From positions 17,732,001 through 17,796,000 of the forward strand of contig NC_043006.1 in assembly GCF_006345805.1 (NCBI RefSeq): 64,000 nucleotides of DNA, read 5' to 3'. Source of the DNA: Octopus sinensis. Lineage: Eukaryota. Under the pieces are notes generated by a model. That model was not told the origin of the DNA. It did no database searches and saw nothing but the letters and a program-made list of their open reading frames with translations. The number at the start of each line of letters is the position of its first letter. Position 1 is the first letter of the stretch. Below are positions 11,401-23,160 of the stretch, one piece after another. Position numbers and translations under genes: made by a program.

Positions 11401-12684
11401 TATATACACACATACAAACATACATACATACATGTGTGTTACATAGACAGATGTGTGGATAGCTCTGCAGATGTGTAGGTTATTTTTATCATTATTATTG
11501 CTGGCCAATGCATTGCAATACATTCAAATCAATTCAGCTAATCTGATCAGTTGTTTGTGTGGTGCTACCAGTTTATTTCTGCTTTTAAACATCGTCAGGA
11601 CTGCTTTAATCATTTCTGATTTAAGAGTACATGTATGAATTCTGATTATAGTCTAGCACACGAAACCAGTCTTCATTGATTGTCCACAGATTAATACTTT
11701 CAAATTTAATCGTAACTCTTTTTTTTTGTTTTTTTGAATCTCGAGTTAATTGGTTTGAAACGAGTTTAAAAAGTATAGTTCAAATTTCTGAAAACTAAGA
11801 AGAAAAAAAATAGCAATTTAATTGGAGCCATCGCTTAATTTGTTTCATCGCTAAAGGGAGTGGGGGTATATATTTTGCTTCTGTTTATGGAATAAAATCA
11901 TTAACGTTTTCTAATTTTGCATTTCCATATTTGTTACATTTTTATATTTTGCTCAGAATTGAAATTTTATAGAAAATAACTGTTGCAGTTTGCTTGAAGC
12001 GTTGCAGAATATGTTGAAAATAAGTGAGTTATAGAAAGAAGGTGATAGCGATTCAGATGGAATATTAAATTTGGAGCTATTCTGATAGATTTTGTTTTAG
12101 AGTAAAGAATCTCTGTTTGTCTCAAATGTGTAGTGTTTCCTCATCTTCTCTCTCCCTCCCTCGATACTGTTCCCTCCCACAGTTGAAGGGTCTTGTCTTG
12201 TAAATTATTTGGTGACCACAAGGCTGCCGGTATCATGGTCAAAAGTGGTTAGCATTAGGAAGGGCATCCAGCTGTAAAAACTATGCCAAAGAAGACAGTG
12301 GAGTTTGGCAAAGTCTTCTGGGTTGCCAGTTCCTGTCAAACTAACTCATGCCTGCATGGAAAATGGACATCAAATGATTATAATGATGATGATGATATTA
12401 AGAATTAAATATCTATAAAGTCTAATTTGAAATCTAAAAAGAAAATAGGAAGCCACACCCCCTCTAAAGCTGCCTCCCTCTCTACTATGACCTCACTCAG
12501 ATGAAGGGAATCTTAACAATACAAGCTGTATGACAACCTCAATAGTGCTGATGACACAAATAAAAGGCACCTAGTATATGTTGTAAAGTGGCTGAGGTTA
12601 AGAACAACATGCAGCTGTTGAAACAATGCCCATTGCAAGCATTAAAACCTGACACAGTTTTCCAACCCATGGGATCTTGTCATA

Positions 12685-12921
12685 CCTATTTCTTTACTAC
12701 CCACAAGGGGCTAAACATAGAGGGGAGGAACAAGGACAGACAAACAGATTAAGTCGATTATATTGACTGACCCCAGTGCGTAACTGGTACTTATTTAATC
12801 GACCCCGAAAGGATGAAAGGCAAAGTCGACCTCGGTGGAATTTGAACTCAGAATGTAGCGGCAGACGAAATACCGCTAAGCATTTCGCCCGGTGTGCTAA
12901 CATTTCTGCCAGCTCATCGCC
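12685..12921 (-). mobile_element. tRNA-derived SINE (family B)
   Basis: Full-length reverse-complement match to the family B layout. Confidence 0.88.
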
Positions 12922-12965
12922 TTGTCATACCATCCAACTCATGCCAGCATGGAAGATGAACATGT

Positions 12966-13178
12966 ACCCTTTAGCATTTAAACTGGTCATACCCAGCCCA
13001 AATATTCTACCTTTTATTATGTTCAGACTGGCCAAATTCAACCTTTCACACCGACCCTACAATGTCATTCTAAAAATAATCACACATCAAAGATATAAGA
13101 TAATGCATGATTCATTCAAATCAATGTGAATCAATAAGCATTACATTCAACAGAGTAATCCGCATGCTAAAATGTTAA
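12966..13178. mobile_element. piggyBac-type MITE (CCCTTTAGCATT family), degraded
   Basis: Starts CCCTTTAGCATTTAAACTGG and ends ATGCTAAAATGTTAA. Same family as 57736-57955. Confidence 0.7.
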
Positions 13179-13716
13179 AGATGGCAGTGGTAGCTGCTGC
13201 TCCAAAGATGTATTATTGTTGATGACATTAGAGATAAACATATTTGCCTATCTACCTTTAACTAACTTTGCAATTTGTCAATCACATGGTTATGTGCAGT
13301 CAGGCTTCTTCCATGAAAGTCTAACAAAGCCAATATGTCAAACCTTAATTGGATGTATCTGTACTGAGTTAGGAAGCCTGTCTCTGAAGTGACTGACGAA
13401 CCACTTGTAAAGCAGAGATGCTGTGGAGATAAAAAGTTCAGGCAGAAAGTGGAGAGACATTTTTTATTCAATCTGAAAGAGAAACGAATACAAAGCTTCA
13501 TGTCTTGTAATTGATAACAAGATTGTCCAGCAAACTTTAACTCTTTTGTTACCATATTTCTGTTGCAGTGCACCCTCGTTGTTTTGATTAATTCGGAAAA
13601 TAATGAAGAATTTAGTAAAATAATTTGATATTGTTTAGCTGCTGTTTTAGGTGGCAAGCTGAAAGTGCATTGGGAAAAAATCCAAGTTGCATTTCTTCTG
13701 GTTCTAAATATTCTGA

Positions 13717-14029
13717 CCTCAAATTCTGCTGAGGTCAACTTTGCCTTCCATTCCTTCGTGGTCAGTAAAATAAATACCAGTCAAGTACTAGGGTTTGATG
13801 TAATTAACGTCCCTGTCTCCTCAAATTCTGCTGAGGTCAACTTTGCCTTCCATTCTTTCGTGGTCAGTAAAATAAATACCAGTCAAGTACTAGGGTTTGA
13901 TGTAATTAACGTCCCTGTCTCCTCAAATTCTGCTGAGGTCAACTTTGCCTTCCATTCTTTCGTGGTCAGTAAAATAAATACCAGTCAAGTACTAGGGTTT
14001 GATGTAATTAACATCCCTGTCTCCTCAAA
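13717..14029 (+). repeat. Three tandem 102-bp units derived from the body of a family B SINE
   Basis: Units start at 13717, 13819 and 13921, with a fourth partial start at 14023. This explains the repetitive ORF 13665-14054. Confidence 0.93.
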
Positions 14030-14211
14030 ATTGCTGGCCTTGCGCCACAACTAGAAAGAATTATTAAGCTGCTGTTTGGAACATAATTAACATGAAATTT
14101 TGTTGGAAGGTTTTAATTTAGATCACTTTGAAACAGGGAGTTTGTGCCACAGAATCTTGGGCAGCCTCAGGCTGGTTGATATCAAAAGAGTTAATCCTTT
14201 TTCGTTACCAT

Positions 14212-14612
14212 AGGCGCAGGTGTGGCTGTGTGGTAAGTAGCTTGTTTACCAACCACATGGTTCCGGGTTCAGTCCCACTGCATGGCACCTTGGGCAAGTG
14301 TCTTCTACTATAGCCTCAGGCCGACCAAAGCCTTGTGAGTGGATTTGGTAGACGGAAACTGAAAGAAGCCCGTCGTATATATATGTATATATATATATGC
14401 GTTTGTGTGTCTGTGTTTGTCCCCCTAGCATTGCTTGACAACCGATGCTGGTGTGTTTATGTCCCCGTCACTTAGCGGTTCGGCAAAAGAGACCGATAGA
14501 ATAAGTACTGGACTTACAAAAGAATAAGTCCCGAGGTCGAGTTGCTCGATTAAAGGTGGTGCTCCAGCATGGCCGCAGTCAAATGACTGAAACAAGTAAA
14601 AGAATAAAAGAA
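14212..14612 (+). mobile_element. tRNA-derived CORE-type SINE (family A), inserted in a piggyBac-type MITE
   Basis: GGCGCAGG.GTGGCTGTGTGGTAAG (A box), GGGTTCAGTCCC (B box), CORE-like ACCTTGGGCAAGTGTCTT, internal (TA)/(TG), and an AAAGA-type tail. It interrupts CCTTTTCGTTACCATA / TTCTGTTGAAAT. Confidence 0.92.
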
Positions 14613-14959
14613 TACTTCTGTTGAAATATACTGGTTTTGTTTTAATTATTTTTTAAAACAATGAAGAATTTATTAAATAACTCTGTGATGTCAAGCTGGT
14701 GTTTGGAACATGACATGAAATTTTGATGAAAGTAAAACAGAAAATTCATATCATAGAACCAGGGTCGGCTTCAAATGGATTGATATCAAGAGATTTAGTA
14801 CTTTTGTTGCCATGCTTCTGTTGGAATATACTGACTTTGTTTTAAAACAAAATAATTATCATTATTAAGCTTGGTGTTTGGAACATAAATTAACATGAAA
14901 GATTGGAAGGTTGTAATTTAGATCACTTTAAACAGGAATTTTTTGTCATAGGCAATATC

Positions 14960-16200
14960 AGAGGAAGGCTAACTGGGAAGATGGTTTTCATGTGTGGCAA
15001 ATGCTCAGGAGCAATAAACACTGAAAATGTACAGAGAACAGCTTCCATCAGTTTCCAGTGGGAAAAACTACAAGTGGTTGGTAGCTTCTGTTACCTAGGT
15101 AACGGGGGTGGATGCTCTGAAAGTGTAGCTGCTAGAATAAGAATAGTTCAGAGAGCTCCTACCTCTGCTGGGGACAAAGGGTCTCTCGCTCAGAGTGAAA
15201 GGTAGTCTGTATGACTCATGTGTGCGAACAGCCATGCCACATGGCAGAGAAACATGGGCTGTGACTGCTGAGGACATGCATAAGCTTGCAAGGAATGAAG
15301 CCAGTATGCTCCACTGGATGTGTGATGTCAGTGTGCATACTGGACAGAGAGTAAGCACCCTGAGAGAAAAGTTGGACTTAAGAAGCATCAGATGTGGTGT
15401 GCAGGAGAGACGACTGTGCTGGTATGGCCATGTGTTGCAAATGGATGAGGACTTCTGTGTAAAAAAAGTGTCACACCCTAGCAGGTGAGGGAACCTGTGG
15501 AAGAGGTAGACCCAGAAAGACCTGGGATGAGGTGGTGAAGCACGACCTTCAAACATTAGGCTTCACTGAGGCAATGGCAAGTGACCGGGACCTTTGGAGA
15601 TATGGTGTGATTGAGAAGACCCGACAAGCCAAGTGAGACCATAACCGTGGCTTATGCCAGTGCTGCATAACCAGCCCATTTAAGAGTACCCTTCAATCAC
15701 TGGATAATAAACTACACTTGTGAAGACCTGTTGAGGCAAGTGAAATCATTTTTGTTGCAGATTACTACTGCTTGATTGGCACCTGTGCCAGTGGAATGTT
15801 AAAAGCACCATTCAAGTGTGATCATTGCTAGGGTGGCCGAGTGTCTCCCATGCTGGTGGCATGTAAAAAGCACGAAGCACCATTCAAGTGTGATTGTTGC
15901 TAGCATCACCTGGCTGGCTTCTGTGCCAGTGACACATAAAAAACACCGTTTGAGTGTGGTCACTGCCAGTGCCGTTGGACTGGCTCCTGTGCAGGTGGCA
16001 TGCAAAAAACACCATTTGAGCATGATCAATGCTGGTGGCACATAAAAGCACCCACTACGCTCTCAGAGTGGTTGGCATTAGGAAGGGCATCCAGCTGTAG
16101 AAACTTTACCAAATCAGATTGGAGCCTTCTGGCTCACCAGCCCCTCAGTCATGGAAAGCGAACATTAAATGATGATGATGATGATGATGACTATGATGAT
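14960..16200 (+). pseudogene. 5'-truncated RTE-clade LINE (ORF2 C-terminus with frameshifts, 3' UTR and (GAT)n tail)
   Basis: Conceptual translation: EKLQVVGSFCYLG...VKGSLYDSCVRTAMPHGRETWAVTAEDMHKLARNEASMLHWMC...QERRLCWYGHVLQM...RGRPRKTWDEVVKHDL. This is typical of RTE ORF2 ends. Confidence 0.9.
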
Positions 16201-17179
16201 ATAAATGTGGGTTCCATTTTTAATTTGAAAAGTTGTAAAGAAATTAGAGGGATAGGAAATGCACTTTTACTCCCATGGTACAAGCAATGATTCAATAATT
16301 TGATAACTAATATGAGTCTTTGTTGCATTGTCGATATAAGGAATTGTAGCGTGATGGTAGAAGACAGAAATACAAGTTCCCAGTAGTTGTAAATTAGGGC
16401 ATTTGATGGAAGCGTGCCTTCCTTTCTTATTAAAATGTAGCTGCACAACTTGCTTGGAAATATCTTTTGAATTACCATTATTCTGCTCCAGAGGAACATA
16501 TAAGATTCATTAATTCTCTCTTTATGTTGCAGATCAATCTCGTGTTAAATGTAGAGATATGACTGTCTTTCATTTCACTCATTAAACCTTGATTGTAGTT
16601 AATTAGACACGAGATATTCAGTTGTCTTTTCATCTGCCACATATTTGCTTTATAAGTCTTCTAAATTACTGATTTTTAACTAAATTTCAAAGGCTGACAG
16701 CCATTTATCATTTGCCTCTCTTTAAGCAAAAGGTTTAAACCTTTTGATACCAACTTGCCTGAAACTGATCTAGTTCTCTGATACAAACTACCAGTTTTAA
16801 AATGATATAGATGTTAACCGTTCATCAAAATTCTATGCCATTTCATATTCCAAACACCAGATTGTTACTGATAATGGGTTTTTTTTTGGTTTTTTTTCTT
16901 TCTCACTAAATTCTTCATTAATTTAAAAATCAACACAGTGGCAACATATTTCATTAGAAATATGATTATGAAAGGGTTAATTATCCATAATTAACTTTTG
17001 CAATAATATTTATGATTATCTGATCTCCCAGTAACTAATGTAATATATCCTGTTGTTATTGTGAGAATTTTTTCTTCTATTTTTTTTATGTTAAACATTA
17101 ATTATAGCATTCAGAAAAAAAATTGAACTAGTAATCATTTTAAGATCTCTTTTTACATACTCATAAAAAATAAGCGTAG

Positions 17180-17582
17180 CCTAATATATTCTGAGCGCCT
17201 TGTTTCCCTGGGCATGGATTCACTGAAGCTCCGGCGTCTGGCGACGGACTTGGTAAACACCCACAATATTATCAACCACCTCACCAACAACAACACTGAA
17301 CACCTTTTTGATCTCCATGTGTCTAACACACGTGGACATGCCTACAAAGTCAGAAAACAACACAGCTCCCATGACTTTCGGAAACATTTTTTCACGCTCA
17401 GAGTTGCTGAAGCATGGAACAAACTGCCTGCGTCAGTTGTTGACTGCCATGGCACTGCATCCTTTAAGGCCCTCATGCTTTCCGAAATCCGCCGAAACTA
17501 CACCTGATTATATATACACTTTAGATGAGTTGTAGTGCACCTGAGCACTGTACACAATTATTATTATTATTATTATTATTTT
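17180..17582 (+). mobile_element. CR1/L2-group LINE 3' fragment with (ATT)n tail
   Basis: YSERLVSLGMDSLKLRRL...TRGHAYKVRKQHSSHDFRKHFFTLRVAEAWNKLPASVV...FK matches the RGH..K.....R..FF..RV...WN.LP C-terminal motif. Stop at 17507, followed by (ATT)n. Confidence 0.88.
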
Positions 17583-17957
17583 ATAATATTTGACAGGAAG
17601 CTGGTAAAATCATTAGTATGTTAGGCGAAATGCTTAGCAGTATTTTGTCCAACTTTACATTCTGAGTTCAAATACTGCCACAACCAACTTTGCATTTCAT
17701 CCTCTTGGGGTTGATAAATAAGTACTAGTTGAGTACAGTGGTTGATGTAATCAACTTAGGTACACCTGGGAAAGAGTATGAAAACTGCATCCCTCTGCCA
17801 AGCCATATCTAGTCAGTGTGGCAGTTGGGTTCATCAAACCAGTATGACGTCTGGCTCAAATTCACAGCCTCTAAATCAGACCATGGTCGTTGGAGAGAAC
17901 ATGCTGAGACCTTTGTCCTACAGTAGACTGAACATAGGCAATCTAGTCCAATACATT

Positions 17958-18100
17958 CATCATCATCATCATTGTTTAACGTCTGTTTTACATGCTAGCA
18001 TGGGTTGGACGGTTCGATCGGGGTCTGGGAAGCCAGGTGGCTGCACCAGGCTCCAGTCTGATCTGGCAGTGTTTCTACTGCTGGATGCCCTTCCTAACGC

Positions 18101-18105
<5 letters not shown>
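17958..18105 (-). mobile_element. RTE 3' terminal fragment
   Basis: (CAT)n plus the reverse complement of the terminal module, truncated at a (TA)n tract. Confidence 0.8.
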
Positions 18106-18154
<49 letters not shown>

Positions 18155-18156
<2 letters not shown>

Positions 18157-18294
18157 AGGTTGTCCCAAAAGTTCGTAGAAAGTCTTGGAAAATAATGGTC
18201 TTTATTTTGAGGAATAATTTTTGTTGTTTTTGTTACTACTTGGCGAGTAAAAATTCAATTTTCGCAAGTGTTTACGAACTTTTAGGACCACCTA

Positions 18295-18295
<1 letters not shown>
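18155..18295. mobile_element. 141-bp mariner-type MITE, TA TSD
   Basis: TIRs T(A/T)AGGTTGTCCCAAAAGTTCGTA resemble mariner TIRs of the TTAGGTTGGTGCAAAAGT type. TA on both sides. A second copy lies at 23764-23904. Confidence 0.85.
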
Positions 18296-18323
<28 letters not shown>

Positions 18324-18325
<2 letters not shown>

Positions 18326-19226
18326 GTAATGCCTCAATATACGAGTTAATTTGTTCCCAGAGACTGCTCGTAAAGTGAAAACTCATAATTTCCCATAGTA
18401 GCAATGTTATAAATTGTAATTCATTCCCAGAAAGATATTTTACCTATAAAATTTATAATACCCATAAATAAAAGGCAATAAAACAAGAGTAGAATGTAAA
18501 GAATATTTTATGTAAAGTAAAAAGAACGTCAAGATCATTTCTGATAAAAAATATTATTACTGTTTTCTGAATTGCACTAGACCCGCGCACACCATCACTT
18601 GTAGACACAATTGCCGATTCAAAGGCCTAGAGTTGTTTGCTCAGAAGAAGCTATTTTTCACACTCTATAAATTTGTCAGTAGTGCACAGAAGCATTTGTT
18701 ATGGTAGTAGAAACTTTTGCACTTCGTTCAAAATTTATATTATAAAATAAAACTTGTATTATAAAATAAAACTAGGCGCAGGAGTGGCTGTGTGGTAAGT
18801 CGCTTGCTAACCAACCACATGGTTCCGGGTTCAGTGCCACTGCGTGGTATCTTGGGAAAGTGTCTTCTGCTATAGCCCTGGGCCGACCAATGCCTTGTGA
18901 GTGGATTTGGTAGACGGAAACTGAAAGAAGCCTGTCGTATATATGTATATATATGTGTGTGTGTGTGTTTGTGTGTCTGTGTTTGTCCCCCTAGCATTGC
19001 TTGACAACCGATGCTGGTGTGTTTACGTCCCCGTCACTTAGCGGTTCGGCAAAAGAGACCGATTGAATAAGTACTGGGCTTACAAAGAATAAGTCTCGGG
19101 GTCGATTTGCTCGACTAAAGGCGGTGCTCCAGCATGGCCGCAGTCAAATGACTGAAACAAATAAAAGAGTAAAGAGTAAACCTGGGGGTCTCATAAAGTG
19201 TATCCTTGTAAAGTGAGGTATTACTG
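18324..19226. mobile_element. pogo/Tigger-like non-autonomous DNA transposon interrupted by a SINE
   Basis: Left end CAGTAATGCCTCAATATACGAG; right end (reverse complement) CAGTAATACCTCACTTTACAAG, followed by TA. Confidence 0.6.
18774..19180 (+). mobile_element. CORE-type SINE (family A), full length
   Basis: High similarity to the 14212 and 51661 copies. Confidence 0.92.
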
Positions 19227-19797
19227 TATATAACTTTTACTACTAAGCATTTCACCTGGCGTGCTAACGATTCTGCCAGGTACCTGTATTAGGCTCTGTT
19301 TATTTTTTATGAGTATGTAAAGAGAGAGGAAGATCTTAAAATGATTATTAGTAGTTTAGTTTGCTTTTTGTCTGGAAGCTATAATTAATGTTTAACACAA
19401 GAAAAGAAAAGAAATTCCCACAATAACAACAGGATGTATTACATTAGTTACCTGGATATCAGACAATAATAAATATTATTGCAAAAGTTAATGTTGGGTT
19501 AATGGGGGTGGTTGTTTTGTGAAAACATATTGCAAAGAAAATCAACTTTAAAAAACATATATATATAGGAGGAGAATTCATGAAAAAACAAAAGACGAAG
19601 ACAGGTGGTGTAGAAAACAAACAGATGTATCAGTATATCATCATCATCATCATTTAACGTCCGCTTTCCATGCTGGAATGGGTTCGCTCAGGAATTGAAA
19701 AAGTCTTTTACGTTTTGAGCCTGCGCTCTTCCACAGAACGAAACAAGGAGAGAAAAAAACAATGTGTGTAGTGGCTACCGATCTATCATGGCAATAT

Positions 19798-20976
19798 CAT
19801 CATCATCATCATCGTTTAACATCCGCTTTCCATGCTAGCATGGGTTGGACGATTCAACTGGGGTCTGGCAAGCCCGAAGGCTGCACCAGGCCAGTCAGAT
19901 CTGGCAGCGTTTCTACAGCTGGATGCCCTTCCTAATGCCAACCACTCCGAGAGTGTAGTGGGTGATTTTATGTGCCACCGACACAGGTGCCAGACGAGGC
20001 TGGCAGACGGTCACGCTCTGATGGTGTTTTTTATGTGCCGCCTACACAGGTGCCAGACGAGGCTGGCAGACGGCCACGCTCGGATGGTGTTTTTTATGTG
20101 CCACCGACACAGGTGCCATACGAGGCTGGCAGATGGCCACGCTCGGATGGTGTTTTCTTATGTGCCACTGACATAGGTGCCAGACGAGGCTGGCGAACGG
20201 CTACGATCGGATGGCGTTTGTTATGTGACCACAGCACGGAGGCCAGTCGATGCGGTACTGGCTACGGTCCCGTTCGGATCGTTTTCTTATGTGCCACCGG
20301 CACTGGTACCACAAGGATACAAATTCCATTGATGTTCATCTATTTTGATTGGTTTGATTTGATTCGATTTGACTTCGATTTGACTTTCACTTGCCTCAAC
20401 AGGTCTTCACAAGTGTCACAAGCAGGAAGGTATGCACAGGTGGACTGACTACGTCCCAGGTAGGGGCCATGGGTTATGGCTTCACTAGTCTTGCCGGGTC
20501 TTCTCACGCACAGCATACTTCCATAGGTCTCGGTCTCTAGTCATTTCCATGGTGAGACCTAACGTTCGAAGGTCGTGCTTCACCACCTCGTCCCAGGTTT
20601 TCCTGGGTCTACCTCTTCCACGGGTTCCCTCAACTGCTAGGGATTGGCACTTTCTCACACACCTATCTTCATCCATTCTCGCCACATGACCATACCAGCG
20701 CAATCGTCTCTCTTGCACACAACAACTGATGCTTCTTAGGTACAACATTTCTCTCAAGGAACTAACGCTCTGTCGAGTAAGTACACTGACATTACACATC
20801 CATCGGAGCATACTGGCTTCATTCTTCATGAGCTTACGCATGTCCTCAGCAGTCACGGCCCATGTTTCACTGCCATGTAGCATGGCAGTTCGTACACATG
20901 CATCATACAGTCTGCCCTTTACTCTAAGCGAGAGGCCTTTAGTCACCAGCAGAGGTAAGAGCTCCCTAAACTTTGC
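19798..20976 (-). mobile_element. 5'-truncated young RTE LINE: uninterrupted ORF2 C-terminus (20976-20485), ~690-bp 3' UTR and (GAT)n tail
   Basis: AKFRELLPLLVTKGLSLRVKGRLYDACVRTAMLHGSETWAVTAEDMRKL...QERRLRWYGHVARMDEDRCVRKC...RGRGRPRKTWDEVVKHDLRTLGL...KTRQD* has no internal stop. The UTR has 63-64-bp tandem units. Confidence 0.93.
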
Positions 20977-21475
20977 ATTGACTTCAACCATGGCCTCCAG
21001 ACGACTTCAGAATCTCCTGCAACTCTTCTGGTTGGTCTCCTTCTGTAAGTTGGTGAATGCTGCCATAATCCTTGCCTTCTGTTAATTATTAGGTATTACA
21101 AGGAGTTTTATTGGTCTCTTGCTCAACTGCATCCCACACCTAATAATCCAGGGGGGTTACAGTTTGGGGAGTTAGGTGGCTAGATGTTTGGTGTTATGTG
21201 GTTGCAGAAATTGTCTGATAGCCATGACTGGGTTCTCCTGCTTGTGTGGTATGGTGCAGAGTCTTTTTGCCAGACATATGGTTGTCCAGCAGCCAGCCTC
21301 TTGACCCAGGGCAGCACTACCTTCTCCAGGCAGTTGATGTAGGCCTTTGTATTGAGTCAGACACCGTTTTGGAAGATGAATGGAGGCATAATGTCACCAT
21401 CACTAGCAATCACTCCAAACACCATGATCTTGACTGGATGTTTGATTTTTATCACTCTCGGTACATGTCCTCAGA
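20977..21475 (-). pseudogene. Decayed maT/DD37D (IS630-Tc1-mariner) transposase, C-terminal half
   Basis: Reverse translation: KHPVKIMVFGVIASDGDIMPPFIF...VLPWVKRLAAGQPYVWQKDSAPYHTSRRTQSWLSDNFCNHITPNI*PPNSPNCNPLDY*VWDAVE...RLEAMVEVN. There are 37 residues between the D of QKD and the D of NPLD, plus several stops. Confidence 0.85.
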
Positions 21476-22935
21476 TTGATGATGATGATACAGACACACA
21501 CACAGAGATTTCTGTGAAATAGATTTCAATTCGGAATCTTTATTCCAAACTCTGGATTTTGATACTCTCATTTGTTATAACATAGTCCTGCACGAATGGT
21601 ACCTGTCAAACCTGGAAATATTTAAACACATTTCAGTTGTAACAGACGAAAATTCTTTACTGAGTTTATGAATTAGGTTCTTAGCTCCACATGTATTACT
21701 ACTTCGGTTTTACTTAATTTCCTTGGAGATTCCTTTTATATATAAAAGAGACCTTATCTGTAACAGCCTGTCATTTTTATTTTCAGACTAAACACTATTT
21801 CTGTTCCTAACTATTGTTTTCCTTTTTTTCTTTTTCTTTTTTTTTTTTTTTTTTTGTTTGACAGTTATATTGCAAGCTAAGCTTATGTGTTCTTCAGTAA
21901 TTTTTTGGTGGCTGAATAAGTATTAATATTGACTTCTGATGCACAAAACTGTAGCACAATTCATGATAGTACATTATTAGGTGCTATTTTGGTATGCAAA
22001 CGAGTATTGCACCTGCTCGCCTTGGATGAACCAAATATCTTGAGAAAATCTTAGATGACATTTTCTGATATTTGAAGTATCTAAATATCATCTCCTTAAT
22101 ATATAATAATGTTAATTGTGACGACTAAAAGTCTAAATACACCTCTTTTAAGCTAACTAGCTTTTATCTTTTACTTGTTTTAGTTACTCAGCCAAATCGA
22201 CACCAATTGTCAAGCTGTGGGGTGGGGGTGGAGGAACACATGCACACACACACACACGTGATGCACACACACATATGCATACATACATGATGAGCTCCCA
22301 CACAGTTTCTGTCTACCAACTTCATTCACAAAACATTGGTTGGCCTGGGGCTGTAGTAGAAGACACTTGCCTAAGATGCCATGCTGTGTGAATGAACCCA
22401 AAACCACATGGTTCCAAAGCGAGCTTCTTAACCACTTGGCCATGCATTGCACCAATGTCAAATATTTCTGGATATTTCTTAATAAGTATGTTATTCTATC
22501 TTCAATAACCATTCCTTCATATATTTTCTTACCCTTCTAATATGTTTCATCATTTGTTTTTCTTTTGCCATATGATTTACTCCCACCCACTCTTCTGTGA
22601 TGTGAGTAGTCATGTAGCTCCTCTGCAACACAACAAAAAACCTGTTCCTGTCCCTACTTTTACAATTTAACCTCTCAACACCTGGCATAAAGTTACCTCC
22701 CTTCCTTCTATACTCCCACAAGACTAAAGTTGAGCACTTTAGTTTTGTAAGTTACATAGAGACCTCTCTAGAGGTGGTACTACAAAATAAAACACCTAGT
22801 ATTACTCTGTAAAGTGGATCATGTTTGGAAGAGTATCCACCCATAGAAACCATGCCAAATCAGACATTGTAGCAGGATGCATTCCTCAGACCTGTCTAAC
22901 CATCCAACCCATGCATAGACGATGGAAAATAACAT

Positions 22936-23160
22936 TATTATTTCTTTATTGCCCACAAGGGGCTAAACATAGAGGGGACAAACAAGGACAGATTAAGTCA
23001 TTACATCGACCCCAGTGAGTAACTGGTACTTAATTTATCGACCCCGAAAGGATGAAAGACAAGGTTGACCTCGGCGGAATTTGAACTCAGACTGTAACGG
23101 CACACGAAATACGGCTACGCATTTCGCCTGGCGTGCTGACGTTTCTGCCAGCTCGCCGCC
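22936..23160 (-). mobile_element. tRNA-derived SINE (family B) with 14-bp TSD
   Basis: GATGGAAAATAACA occurs on both sides. Inserted in the end of an older RTE tail. Confidence 0.88.

Noticed and set aside
13665-14054. 129-aa repeat protein gene
   Set aside because: Fully explained by triplication of a 102-bp SINE segment. It starts at GTG with no independent coding evidence.
20485-20991. Functional 168-aa transposase-RT fusion gene
   Set aside because: Only five residues come from the transposase relic, the upstream frame has stops, and the RT catalytic domain is absent.
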